A stretch of DNA of 64,000 nt from an uncultured Chloroflexia bacterium (GTDB taxonomy: Bacteria > Chloroflexota > Anaerolineae > JAAYZQ01): positions 672,001 to 736,000 of the forward strand of contig CAVOXA010000010.1 of the NCBI GenBank assembly GCA_963700285.1, read 5' to 3'. The notes beneath the pieces are model-generated. The model was not told the origin of the DNA, ran no database searches, and worked only from the letters and a program-made list of their open reading frames with translations. Positions 10,310 through 23,047 of the stretch are shown piece after piece. Numbering within the stretch: the first letter of the stretch is position 1; the number at the start of each line of letters is the position of its first letter. Made by a program: the position numbers and the translations under genes.

Positions 10310-11050
10310 TCACTCAGCCGCCTTACTACTCTCTGGCGGTTGCACGTTGGCTTGCTGCGCCACGACGATCAAGGTTACCGCTGTATCGACGGATACTCGT
10401 CCACTATTGATAACTAGGTGATACAAAGTGGGGTCCGAGCGGTCTACGCCGTGATAGCGGCGCACATAGTCGCTCCTGGCCCGGTCACTAGCTCGTACCC
10501 GGCTCTGTGCAGCCCGCCACGCTAGACCCTCACGGTCCGCCACGGCTCTGATCCGATCATCAAGAGGGGCAACGATCTGTACGTGCAGGGCGTCTGGATG
10601 CTTTCTTAGCAGGACTTGGCCTCCACGCCCAACGACCAAAACATTGCCTTCTCGGGCCGAACCCCGGATCACCAGACCAACCATGCGCACATAACTCTCC
10701 AATGAGGCGCTGATAGGCGGGACCGTGAGCGAAAACAACCCAGTAAGGGGAATGGACAGGCTGGAAGGTTCGCTGTAAGGCGTGTTGAGCTCGCCAGCCG
10801 GTGGTGCCGAAAAGGCAGAGGCTCTCTGCAAACTGGGCATGGCACGCAAGGCGTTGAGCATCCGGTCAGCTAGCCCCCGTTCCCCCTCATGCTCCAATTC
10901 GGCCAATGCAACCTCTGGCACACCTGCTCTTTGCGCTGCTCGATGGATCGTTGCAGCGTCGATCAGCCGCAGGTCCAGCTCCCGGGCCACCTTGGCAGCA
11001 ATCTCCTCACCATGACTGCCTAGCTGGCGAGATAGGGTAATCACGGGCAT
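10310..11050 (-). CDS. cytidylate kinase-like family protein
   Basis: VITLSRQLGSHG, VVGRGG, YHLVINS. Confidence 0.85.
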   Translation of the reverse strand: MPVITLSRQLGSHGEEIAAKVARELDLRLIDAATIHRAAQRAGVPEVALAELEHEGERGLADRMLNALRAMPSLQRASAFSAPPAGELNTPYSEPSSLSIPLTGLFSLTVPPISASLESYVRMVGLVIRGSAREGNVLVVGRGGQVLLRKHPDALHVQIVAPLDDRIRAVADREGLAWRAAQSRVRASDRARSDYVRRYHGVDRSDPTLYHLVINSGRVSVDTAVTLIVVAQQANVQPPESSKAAE

Positions 11051-11057
11051 TTTTTGC

Positions 11058-12107
11058 TCACCTATTCAAATCTGGCTGGGCAAAGACCAAACGCCCTTCC
11101 GTCTTCTGCAGCACCTTTTTCACCAGGACAGGGATTGTGCGGCCGATATATGGCCGTCCTTCCTCGACAACGATCATGGTACCATCATCCAAATACCCAA
11201 CCCCTTGCCCTAGCTCTTTGCCTTCCTGGATGATTCTGATCGAGATCGTCTCCCCCGGCAGCAATACAGACTTGACGGCGTTGGCCAGTTCGTTGATATT
11301 TAGCACCATCACCCCCTGAAGTTGAGCCACTCGGTTGAGGTTATAGTCGTTGGTGACCACGGGGCATCGGAGGGTCTTGGCCAGCATGATGAGTTTGTCG
11401 TCCACTTCCCGGGCTTCTGGGGCGTCCATATCCGTGGTACGCACCGGCACGACCGACTCCTCCTTCAGCCGGTTAAGCATTTCAAGCCCCCGACGCCCCC
11501 GGTTGCGCCGCAGGCTATCGGAAGAATCGGCAATATGCTGCAGTTCATTCAAGACAAAGCGAGGAACCAGCATCGTTCCTGAGATGAAGCCAGTCTGGCT
11601 GACATCGGCAATACGTCCATCTATGATGACGCTCGTGTCGAGCAAAACTACTTGTTCATCCTGGGGAGCTTCAGCGCTTTTGGAGAAACGGCTACTGAGG
11701 AGCGCAAAAAGGTCTTTCCGGCGCATCGTTGCCACCATTACGCCCAGATAGCCAAACAGGATCGCACCAACGAACGGCATGACATCGCCAAAAGGCGACG
11801 GCAAGTTGGCCAGAACAGGTGACAGCAGGGCGGCAACGATCAAACCCACAATCAGACCCACGATAATAGCAAAGAGTTCTTTGGCCGGTAGTTCCTGGAT
11901 TTTGTGCCGCACATATCGGATCGGCTTGATCGTCACCCATGGTGCCACCAGCGCCCCAATTGCTGCCCCTGCCAGCGTCAGAGCCACCACCGAATATCGA
12001 AGATAGGACTCCGGTAGTGCAGTACTGGCCAGGTATTCTCCAAGACGCCAACCAGCTGCTCCCAGGAGGATCATTCCAAACAATCGCACCGCAATTTCCA
12101 AGATCAT
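11058..12107 (-). CDS. membrane-anchored PIN/TRAM domain protein (YacL-like)
   Basis: 4 TM helices, LDTSVIIDGR, TNDYNLN, GVGYLDDGTMIVVE; downstream of radA. Confidence 0.93.
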   Translation of the reverse strand: MILEIAVRLFGMILLGAAGWRLGEYLASTALPESYLRYSVVALTLAGAAIGALVAPWVTIKPIRYVRHKIQELPAKELFAIIVGLIVGLIVAALLSPVLANLPSPFGDVMPFVGAILFGYLGVMVATMRRKDLFALLSSRFSKSAEAPQDEQVVLLDTSVIIDGRIADVSQTGFISGTMLVPRFVLNELQHIADSSDSLRRNRGRRGLEMLNRLKEESVVPVRTTDMDAPEAREVDDKLIMLAKTLRCPVVTNDYNLNRVAQLQGVMVLNINELANAVKSVLLPGETISIRIIQEGKELGQGVGYLDDGTMIVVEEGRPYIGRTIPVLVKKVLQKTEGRLVFAQPDLNR

Positions 12108-12360
12108 GGAATCTAACCTCCCAAGTTGTTATTCACTTTCCTAGGCTTGGGTCCCGCACGGCTCGGTGCGAGCAACCAGCCAACTGCCATACAAGATTCT
12201 ACATAGGGCCTCCTCCTTGGATTCCGGCCGAACCACATGGTACATAGTTCTTGCCGGCACGTTGTCGATTCCGTCTGCCAACAACTAGAAATGAAAACTC
12301 GACATTGTCTCAAGCGCTACTTCACGAACAAGGATAAATGGTCCTTCACCAACTGCCCCT

Positions 12361-12389
12361 ATCTTAACACATTCCAAAGCAAATGTCAA
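12361..12389 (-). promoter_or_regulatory. sigma70-like promoter for the PIN/TRAM gene
   Basis: Minus strand TTGACA-17 bp-TAAGAT. Confidence 0.6.
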
Positions 12390-12396
12390 TGAGATT

Positions 12397-13809
12397 TCAT
12401 AGACGACTGGCAGATGCGCTAGCCGGTCCCAGCGCGACGGCTAGCGCATCTGCCAGAGAACGTACTGGGATCGGTTCGATACCATCCGGAATATCCGGAA
12501 TCCGGCGATGGGTACCCGGTACAACGCACCGGCCAAAGCCCAACTTGGCTGCCTCATGCACGCGTCGCGACAGCTGACTTACAGTACGCAATTCACCAGA
12601 CAGGCCAATCTCTCCCACAGCCGCCAGGTCACTTGGCAGCGGCATGTTCTGAAAGCTTGAGGCGATAGCCAGGGCCAGTGCCAGATCGGCCGCAGGCTCG
12701 CTAATCCGCAACCCACCAACCACGTTCACAAAAATATCCTGGTCGGCCAGGCGCAGCCCCACCCGTTTCGAGAGGACCGCTGCTAGTAGCAACAGCCGGT
12801 TAAAGTCCACGCCATTCGCCGTGCGCCGCGGAAGCCCGAAACTAGTCGTACTGGCCAGTGCCTGAATCTCAACCAAGAGGGGCCGCGTGCCCTCCATCGT
12901 TACAGCAATCGCTGAACCCGCCGCATCCGGCAGTCGCTCAGCCAGGAAAGCTTCCGAGGGATTGGTTACTTCGACCATGCCCTCCTCTGTCATCTCGAAC
13001 ACCCCTACTTCGTTGGTCGAGCCAAACCGGTTTTTCACGCTTCGCAACAAGCGGTGGGCATGAAAACGGTCGCCCTCCAGGTAGAGCACGGCATCCACAA
13101 TGTGTTCTAACACACGCGGTCCGGCAATAGCTCCTGCTTTGGTCACGTGTCCTACCACAAAGATCGGTATCCCACTTACTTTAGCCAGGCGTAACAAAGT
13201 CGAGGCGCAGGCTTTGACTTGGCTCACGCTCCCTGCAGCCGAGTCCAATTCCTCGGAAGAGATGGCCTGGATCGAGTCTACCACAACCAACTGCGGCCTC
13301 AACTGCTCGATGTGAGCCACAACCTGGCCCAGCAATACCTCTGAGACGATATAGAGACCCGGCTGCTGCAAGCCCAGGCGGTCAGCTCGCAGTTTAATCT
13401 GGTGTACCGACTCCTCACCCGAGATGTACAGGACTACAGGTGTGGTACCTAGTCCAGCACTATCCTCTTCGGCCAGTTGTGCCGAGACTTGTAGCAACAG
13501 AGTAGATTTGCCGATACCCGGATCCCCTCCGATGAGTACCACAGAACCCGGAACAATGCCGCCCCCCAATACCCGTGACAGCTCATCGTTGGCCACCGGC
13601 AAACGCTGTGATTGGTCAGCTTTGATTTCCGGCAATGATTGCGGTTGACTGGCCAACATCGAGGCATGTAGACCTGGCCGGGCCTTGCGCGACTCGATCA
13701 CAGTCTCTGCGAGAGTATTCCATTCACCACAAGCATTGCACTGCCCAGTCCACTTCAGGGCCGTTGCCCCGCACGACTGGCATACATACCGGACACGTGT
13801 TTTGCTCAT
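12397..13809 (-). CDS. radA: DNA repair protein RadA/Sms
   Basis: C4 zinc finger, GGDPGIGKST, KNRFG, Lon-like C-terminus. Confidence 0.97.
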   Translation of the reverse strand: MSKTRVRYVCQSCGATALKWTGQCNACGEWNTLAETVIESRKARPGLHASMLASQPQSLPEIKADQSQRLPVANDELSRVLGGGIVPGSVVLIGGDPGIGKSTLLLQVSAQLAEEDSAGLGTTPVVLYISGEESVHQIKLRADRLGLQQPGLYIVSEVLLGQVVAHIEQLRPQLVVVDSIQAISSEELDSAAGSVSQVKACASTLLRLAKVSGIPIFVVGHVTKAGAIAGPRVLEHIVDAVLYLEGDRFHAHRLLRSVKNRFGSTNEVGVFEMTEEGMVEVTNPSEAFLAERLPDAAGSAIAVTMEGTRPLLVEIQALASTTSFGLPRRTANGVDFNRLLLLAAVLSKRVGLRLADQDIFVNVVGGLRISEPAADLALALAIASSFQNMPLPSDLAAVGEIGLSGELRTVSQLSRRVHEAAKLGFGRCVVPGTHRRIPDIPDGIEPIPVRSLADALAVALGPASASASRL

Positions 13810-13874
13810 CCTTGCTCCTGCTCGCTCAACGTAAGCACCCCTCTTGTGAGAACGGTCGGAGGCGAAACCCTTTT

Positions 13875-13911
13875 AAAAAAGAGGTCGATTTCTAATACCA
13901 GAAATCGACCT
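13875..13911 (-). terminator. intrinsic terminator after clpC
   Basis: AGGTCGATTTCT-N6-AGAAATCGACCT hairpin with a T-tract on the minus strand. Confidence 0.8.
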
Positions 13912-13967
13912 TCCAGTTCACTACGGTGTTGCCACCGATCTTTATGCTACCATATTAGCTTGGCGGC

Positions 13968-16484
<2,517 letters not shown>

Positions 16485-16753
16485 GCTGTCTTCCTCTCAC
16501 CAGAAGAATTGCATCCAGGTTCTGGGCTCATTATATCCGGGCACTGGCCGAAAGTGGGTAAGCCGTGTCACACAGAAGATGTGTTCACGAAGCGTAGAAG
16601 AGCACCCTCTGTGACGACAACTCTCCGCAGTGATGCAGATTCTCGACAAGGCGCGTAGCAGGCGGCCTACAGACAAAAATGCGATAGATCTACGATGCTT
16701 GGTCTAAAGAGTCGATCCAAGCGCCAGTTGTAAGGAAAAAAACGCCAGGAGAT

Positions 16754-18193
16754 CTAGATATCTTCACTGGGTTCTGAGGCGTCGCCTTCTTCGATCTCTT
16801 CCGGTACTAGCATCTCGGTGAGTCCGTCCACCTCTTCTAGCGCCTCATCAGGCACGCCCACCTCTGTAGGCTCTGGTACCTCGGCGAACTCGTCCATCTC
16901 CGTGGGCGTTTCCGCTTCCTCGAGTTCTCCCTCTGCCTCGAGTGACGCCTCCGCCTCCTCAAGCTCAGCACGCCAATCCAGATCAGCATACGCCGGATCT
17001 GTGACCCGTATGAGACTCAGCCCCATCCGCCTTCGCTTAGGGTCAATACGGATGATCCGCATTACGTGCTTCTCACCCTCGTGGACGACCTCTTGGGGAT
17101 GGTTGATCCGCCTGGCGCTTAGCTCGGAAATGTGGATGAGCCCTTCGATCTCGTCGTTGACCAGTGCAAAAGCGCCAAAATTGGTTAGCCGCGTAATGGT
17201 CCCTTCCACCAACTGCCCCTCGTAATAGCGGCTTTCCACGGTTGACCAAGGCTCCGGCTCCAGTCGTTTCAGACTCAGGGCAATGCGCTTTTTCTCCCGG
17301 TTGATGCCCAGAACATAGACGTCGACTTTCTGGCCCACATCCAGGACATCAGCCGGCTTGGCTGCACGGTCCCAGGACAACTCTGAAAGATGTACAAGGC
17401 CGTCAGCCCCACCCAAGTCAACGAAGGCGCCAAAGTCGGAGAGACTGCTGACCACACCGGAGCGGACTTCACCCTCACGCAACTCGTCCAGCAGTGTCTC
17501 TTTCTGCGCATCGCGCCACTGTCGCAACGCCGCTCGCTCGGACAAGATCAGACGTTTGCGCCGTCGGTTGATTTCGATGACCTTGACCTGTATGGGCATG
17601 CCAACCAGTCTCGCCCACCGCTCCTCTGGTTGCTGGTTCTGGCGACCTTGGTGCTCGCGAGACAACTGCGAGGCTGGAGCAAAGCCTCTGAGTTTACCCA
17701 GTCGCACGATCAGGCCGCCCTTATTGAAGCCAGCCACCTGGCTCTCAAACCAGTCGCTTGCTTCGTACAACGCTTGGGCGCGACGCCAATCGGTCTCTTC
17801 TTCGGCACGACGGATCGACAATACCAGGCTTCCATCCTGGTCTTCGGGACGAACGATGTAGACCGGGATGGTATCCCCAACCTGCATGTCATCCAACCCT
17901 TGTCGCCCCAGACCTTCCAGTTCCTTGCCCCGGACGACACCCTCGGACTTGGCGCCGACGTCGATCAGGATCTCAGTTGGGCTTACGCTAACGATTTCGC
18001 CGTCAACGGTGTCACCCTGCCTCAGTTTCCTGAAACTGAACGCCTCTTCCATCAGATTGCTCATTGGATGCTCGGCTGGTTCTTCCTGGGGCATGCCGCC
18101 ATCCACGAAATTGCTCATCAGATTTTCGGTGATTTCTTCCTGGGCCGCACCGTCATCCATGAGTCCTTCCTCGTTGCTCTGCTTCTCCTCCAT
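16754..18193 (-). CDS. rpsA: 30S ribosomal protein S1 (4 S1 domains plus acidic tail)
   Basis: Repeated FGAFV..G..GL(V/I)H(L/I)SELS; start re-called at ATG 18193. Confidence 0.9.
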   Translation of the reverse strand: MEEKQSNEEGLMDDGAAQEEITENLMSNFVDGGMPQEEPAEHPMSNLMEEAFSFRKLRQGDTVDGEIVSVSPTEILIDVGAKSEGVVRGKELEGLGRQGLDDMQVGDTIPVYIVRPEDQDGSLVLSIRRAEEETDWRRAQALYEASDWFESQVAGFNKGGLIVRLGKLRGFAPASQLSREHQGRQNQQPEERWARLVGMPIQVKVIEINRRRKRLILSERAALRQWRDAQKETLLDELREGEVRSGVVSSLSDFGAFVDLGGADGLVHLSELSWDRAAKPADVLDVGQKVDVYVLGINREKKRIALSLKRLEPEPWSTVESRYYEGQLVEGTITRLTNFGAFALVNDEIEGLIHISELSARRINHPQEVVHEGEKHVMRIIRIDPKRRRMGLSLIRVTDPAYADLDWRAELEEAEASLEAEGELEEAETPTEMDEFAEVPEPTEVGVPDEALEEVDGLTEMLVPEEIEEGDASEPSEDI

Positions 18194-18886
18194 AAAGACG
18201 GAAACTCCCCCTGCATCAAGTTTATCAACCACACGACGGAACCAGCATCAATGACGGTTCCACCTGGATGATAGACCAATTATACCGCCTTTTTTCCCAA
18301 AAGGCAAGAACGGATCTGGCTAGGCTTTCGCAGCAGGTCAAAAGCTGTGGGTACAATATGTGGAGATGCTCTGCCCCACCTGCCAGACATCGTGGCAAAG
18401 GACACAGAGGTATGGGTTGTACGAGTTCGTGAACAATTTTTGGGCGGCAATTGCGCGGCAGTGAGCGTCCTGTGCGCAATGGGTGAGTCCTCAACGCACA
18501 GCGGAGAGCGGTCGCCTCGCGAATGAGACGGACCAGGATGCGCTGTTGAAGCTCTGCCCAACGAGATCGTACAGGGCACTTGTCAGTTCCTGATCGAGTT
18601 CCTCAGCAAGGTCCGGCATGACATTCGTTGTTGGCATCTCCGCCAAGAAAACTTCGGTGTCTCGGCCCAGTTCCTGGCCCCGGCGATAAACCTGACGCCC
18701 CCGCGACAACTGCTTTGACTGGGAAAGTACGGTATGCTATAATTGGCAGGGCATTGGAGCCTCGTGGGTGCTGTTGAAGCCCGCTGGCGTGACAGAGAGA
18801 CGGAAAAGTGGCTATGGTTAACGGGCCTTGTGTGGACCGGAACGAGGCCAGCTTCCAGGAGATCTGCGCCCTTCCAGTTCTCTGAG

Positions 18887-19105
18887 ATGGCTCGCGAGCT
18901 GCAGCGGAGGGGTACAGGCATGCACGGCGATGAGACTGCGATCCTGAAGCTCTTGTCTCAGGGGGCGACGAACACGGGATTGCGCGGGAAACCCACTGGA
19001 GCGAGGTCACGGTCAAGCGCAAGCTACAGATCATCTTTGACAAGCTGGGCATCGAGGATCGCACCAGTGCCTCAGTCGAGGCCGTCCGCTGCGGTCTTGT
19101 CCAAG
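18887..19105 (+). pseudogene. LuxR/NarL-type HTH domain fragment with a frameshift
   Basis: ETAILKLLSQGATN, shift at ~18978, then IARETHWSEVTVKRKLQIIFDKLGIEDRTSASVEAVRCGLV. Confidence 0.7.
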
Positions 19106-19310
19106 ACCCCGCAGGCAACTCTGCTCCTCAGAATAGCCTACTCTACCCGTTCCGCGTCGCGGCCAAAAGGGCTGCGTGGTCCGCAAACTGATACTAAACA
19201 GGACCTGAGATCTGGGATGTTATGTGACATGATCGGCACAATGCGGGAGCCAATTCCTAGTGCACCACACTGTGCAGAGGCAGATCTTCTAGGCAAGGAG
19301 CAACCAGCTT

Positions 19311-20345
19311 ATGAAGGTGACTGTATTATCGGGCGTCGAAAAGCTGACGATTGAAGACAGGCCGATCCCCAGCATTGGCCCAGGCGAGGCGCTTGTGAAA
19401 GTAGAGGCATGTGGCATCTGCGGCACGGATGTGCACGCCTATCTGAGCGGCAGCCTCTACCCTCTCGGTACGGTGATGGGGCACGAACCAACTGGAACCC
19501 TGATCGACGTTGGATCAGAGGTAGAGGGTTTTCAGCCGGGAGACCACGTCGCCCTGTACGGCCTTGCCGCCTGTGGCACATGCCCTGCCTGCAGGCGCGG
19601 GCTGGACTACTACTGTACCAACAAAACGGAGTTGGGCAGTAGCAACCAACTGGATGGCGCCTATGCCGAGTACGTCAGGATCCCCTACGCTGATAGGATG
19701 CTGGTCAAGATGCCGGACCAACTTACATTCGAGGAAGCCGCATTGGCCGATCCTCTTGCCACATCACTGCACGCGATCCGTTGCTCACGCTTCAAGCCAG
19801 GCGACACGGTGGCGGTGCTTGGCGCCGGACCCATCGGCCTGTTGGCTGTCCAATTGCTCAAGATCAGCGGCGCCAGCCTGGTCATTTGCACCGAGGTCTC
19901 GCCGCAGCGGTCAACCATTGCCAAGGAGCTAGGAGCTGACTGCGTCTTGAATCCTGTCGAGGAGGGCGAAGCATTGACCACTCGAGTTGCAGAGATGACG
20001 GGTGGGATGGGCGTCGATATCGCCTTTGAGTGCGCCGGTATGCCAGCCGCCTTCCGACAGTCATTCGATGTTGTCCGGCCGGGTGGGCAGGTGATGGCTG
20101 TGGGTGTGATCGAACAGGAAACCCCTGTGAATCCCTTGGGCATCGTGATCAAGGAGATCGATCTAAGGGGCTCACTGGCGTGCAACAAGTACGAACTTGA
20201 ACTAGCCGTCGGATTGCTTGCTCAGGGAAAGGTGAATACCGAGCTAATGCTCTCGGACACCATCTCCCTGGATGATATCGAGGCGCGAGGCTTCAGACGG
20301 CTGTTATCATCTCCTGAGGTGGTCAAGATCCTGGTCAAGCCCTGA
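19311..20345 (+). CDS. zinc-dependent MDR alcohol dehydrogenase (sorbitol/threonine/butanediol DH-like)
   Basis: CGICGTD, GHE, CxxCxxC-x7-C structural Zn site, GAGPIG. Confidence 0.93.
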   Translation: MKVTVLSGVEKLTIEDRPIPSIGPGEALVKVEACGICGTDVHAYLSGSLYPLGTVMGHEPTGTLIDVGSEVEGFQPGDHVALYGLAACGTCPACRRGLDYYCTNKTELGSSNQLDGAYAEYVRIPYADRMLVKMPDQLTFEEAALADPLATSLHAIRCSRFKPGDTVAVLGAGPIGLLAVQLLKISGASLVICTEVSPQRSTIAKELGADCVLNPVEEGEALTTRVAEMTGGMGVDIAFECAGMPAAFRQSFDVVRPGGQVMAVGVIEQETPVNPLGIVIKEIDLRGSLACNKYELELAVGLLAQGKVNTELMLSDTISLDDIEARGFRRLLSSPEVVKILVKP

Positions 20346-20450
20346 GTGGGGAGAACTACAGAGACACCGAGGGTTCTGGAGCAAGGGCTTGCGGGTGCTG
20401 TGTTCTCTAACTCTGTGTCTCCGAGGATCCGTGTCCGGAGCTGGTTTCCC

Positions 20451-21032
20451 TCAGGCTCTGACCTCATCCGCGCAGAGCTTCTGACCCAGAGCATAGGCTT
20501 GGGCGATAATCTCCGCGTTCTCCTGTATATCGCCAGCAGCGTCGGCGCTGCCGTAGACCATGTCCACGATCTCAGCGCCCACATACCTGTAGGCATCCTG
20601 AAAGGTCCTGAACGCATTCACGGCGCCAGAATCGAAGGGGTCCGAGTCTCCGTAGGTCATGACGATTCCGATCTTTTTGCCTCTCAGGAGGTAGCCGTCA
20701 GCATCGACCAGGGCGTAGCAGCGATCCATGAACAGCTTGGTCTGGGCCGAAACCGTGAACCAATAGACGGGGCTGACAATCACGATAGCATCGGCATCCA
20801 GGATCCTCGGATAGAGCAACTGCATGTCATCCGAGACAACACAGCCTCCAAAGGGCTCCGTGTGACAGGCATCACAGGCGTCGCAGGGACTGATATCCAT
20901 GCCATGGAGGTAGAAGCTTTCGACATAGGCCCCGGCGGCTTTGGCACCTTCGGCCACCTTGTCCGCCAGGATGGCACTGTTGCCTTTCTCCCTGGGACTT
21001 CCCTTGACAATGACGATCCTTTTGCTTGCCAT
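20451..21032 (-). CDS. iron-sulfur flavoprotein (Isf / multimeric flavodoxin family)
   Basis: GSPR..GNS, CDACDAC...C, SPVYW, K.FMDR. Confidence 0.88.
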   Translation of the reverse strand: MASKRIVIVKGSPREKGNSAILADKVAEGAKAAGAYVESFYLHGMDISPCDACDACHTEPFGGCVVSDDMQLLYPRILDADAIVIVSPVYWFTVSAQTKLFMDRCYALVDADGYLLRGKKIGIVMTYGDSDPFDSGAVNAFRTFQDAYRYVGAEIVDMVYGSADAAGDIQENAEIIAQAYALGQKLCADEVRA

Positions 21033-21150
21033 ATAAACCTCCGCGTCAGTCTTGTTCACGCGCATCCGTTAGGCCAAATGTCCAGCCCGGATTCTGTACT
21101 GCCTGATTGTACCATCAGTCATCCAGGGAGCCAAACAGGGCCAGGCCAGG

Positions 21151-21594
21151 CTACTTTGCCTGCAGGCCAGGTTCGTAGACAAGGATGGCATCTCGCCAAG
21201 CGCCGGGCATGGGGATCGAGCCTTGTTGGGTATAGTCATAGCAGACCTGAATGGTCTTTCCGGTAGCAATCTCGCCACCCTCGGTTTCCAATACATACGC
21301 AAAGTGAAAGCTCTTGTTGCCCAGGTAACTGACACGCACCCAGACGGTCACTGTCTGTCCCAGATAAGCAGACGCTTTGTAGCTGCAGGAAGCATCCGCC
21401 ACGATCATGCCAATTGACTCAAAATCGTTGTCCTGCCACAAGCCTGCCTCGCGCAGGTACCTTACGCGGGCGTGTTCCATGAAGGTGAAATAGGCCACAT
21501 TATTGAGATGGCGCTGGGCATCGATGTCGGCGTAGCGGATGGGAATATCCACAGAACAACGGAATTGTTGGCGATCATACTCGTTGTCGGGCAT
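21151..21594 (-). CDS. hot-dog acyl-CoA thioesterase (YbgC/FadM-like)
   Basis: IRYADIDAQRHLNNVAY..FMEHAR. Confidence 0.9.
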   Translation of the reverse strand: MPDNEYDRQQFRCSVDIPIRYADIDAQRHLNNVAYFTFMEHARVRYLREAGLWQDNDFESIGMIVADASCSYKASAYLGQTVTVWVRVSYLGNKSFHFAYVLETEGGEIATGKTIQVCYDYTQQGSIPMPGAWRDAILVYEPGLQAK

Positions 21595-21633
21595 TCATGC
21601 ACCTCCCAAAGCCCTGCCTGGCATGGATTGCTG

Positions 21634-22974
21634 CTAGGCGAGATCGTGTTTCTGGCAAAAGTCCTCGAGCACTTGTTCCAGGTCTGGCCGGCCGATCTCC
21701 TGCAGGTTGTAGTACACACGGGTTGACGGCTTGTCGATGTTGATAATGCGGCTCAGGTCAATGGGCGTACCGATAACTACGGCATCGCACTCGGTGGCGT
21801 TGATGGTTGCCTCCAGATCCCTGAGCTGCTGCTCGCCGTAGCCCATGGCCGGAAGCAGGACGCCGATGTTGGGGTAGGTCTCAAAGGTTTCCTTCAACCT
21901 GCCCACCGTATAGGGTCGCGGATCTACAAAGCCGGCCGCGCCAAACTTTTGGGCGGCAACCATGCCAGCCCCGAACTGCATTTCGCCATGGGTCAGGGTT
22001 GGCCCATCCTCGACCACAAGGACCTGCTTGCCTTTCACTACCGAGGGATCGTCCATGTCCAGCGTCGAGGCGGCATCCACCACGATGGCATCGGGATTCA
22101 CGGCGGCGATATTCTTGCGTACGGCGTCAATGCCGGCACGATCGGCGCTGTCCATCTTGTTGATGACCACCACGTCAGCCATGCGCAAGGTAATCTCACC
22201 GGGATAATAGGTCAGCTCGTGTCCGGGTCGGTGGGGATCGACAACGGTGACGTGCAGATCTGACTTGTAGAAAGGAAAGTCGTTGTTGCCGCCGTCCCAA
22301 ACGATTACGTCACAGCCGTCGGGATCGTTCTCCGCAGCCCGCAGGATGGCTTCATAGTCGACACCAGCGTAAATTACGTTGCCCCGCACGACGTGCGGCT
22401 CATACTCTTCCATCTCTTCGATGGTGCAATGGTGCCTGTCCAGATCCTCGATGGTGGCAAAACGCTGTACGCGCTGGGCAACCAAGTCACCGTAAGGCAT
22501 AGGGTGGCGGATAGCTACCACGTTAAGCCCCTTTGCCATCAGGAGTTCGATGATGCGGCGCGATGTCTGGCTCTTGCCGCTTCCTGTGCGCACAGCCCCC
22601 ACCGAGACGACCGGTTTTGTGCTTTCGATCTGGGTGTCCTTGGGCCCGAGCAGCAAGAAACTGGCGCCGGCTGCCTGGGCAATGGCGTTGACGGCCATCA
22701 CGTGCTGGTAGGGGATGTCGCTGTAGGAAAAGACACACTCGTCCACGTCAAGGTCTTGGATCAATTGTGGCAGGCTAGCTTCGGCGTGGATAGGGATGCC
22801 CTCTGGGTAGACCTTACCCGCCAGTTCCGGTGGATAGCGCCGGCCTTCGATGTCGGGGATCTGAGCCGCCGTGAAAGCCACAACGTTGTAGGCATTGTTG
22901 TCCCTGTAGTAGGTGTTAAAGTTATGAAAGTCCCGTCCAGCCGCGCCAAGAATGATGATATTTCTCTTGTCCAT
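21634..22974 (-). CDS. arcE: ArcE-type arginine synthetase (COG2403; often annotated as GTPase or cyclic 2,3-diphosphoglycerate synthase-like)
   Basis: IILGAAGRDFHNFN, AVRTGSGKSQTSR P-loop, RHPMPYGDL, TIEE.EEYEP, WDGGNND, VEDGPTLTHG, LPAMGYG; start re-called at 22974 after GAGGAG. Confidence 0.8.
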   Translation of the reverse strand: MDKRNIIILGAAGRDFHNFNTYYRDNNAYNVVAFTAAQIPDIEGRRYPPELAGKVYPEGIPIHAEASLPQLIQDLDVDECVFSYSDIPYQHVMAVNAIAQAAGASFLLLGPKDTQIESTKPVVSVGAVRTGSGKSQTSRRIIELLMAKGLNVVAIRHPMPYGDLVAQRVQRFATIEDLDRHHCTIEEMEEYEPHVVRGNVIYAGVDYEAILRAAENDPDGCDVIVWDGGNNDFPFYKSDLHVTVVDPHRPGHELTYYPGEITLRMADVVVINKMDSADRAGIDAVRKNIAAVNPDAIVVDAASTLDMDDPSVVKGKQVLVVEDGPTLTHGEMQFGAGMVAAQKFGAAGFVDPRPYTVGRLKETFETYPNIGVLLPAMGYGEQQLRDLEATINATECDAVVIGTPIDLSRIINIDKPSTRVYYNLQEIGRPDLEQVLEDFCQKHDLA

Positions 22975-23047
22975 GTTCTCCTCTGCTTTGTCGAATTGGG
23001 GCCGCTCTGAGGAACCTGCGCCCCCAGCCAGATTTTCAGTTGAGCTT

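Noticed and set aside
21634-22974. True cyclic 2,3-diphosphoglycerate synthetase
   Set aside because: The GAAGRDFHNFN-type N-terminus matches the ArcE-like subgroup as I recall it, there is no adjacent 2-phosphoglycerate kinase, and the neighbour is an arginine-related enzyme.
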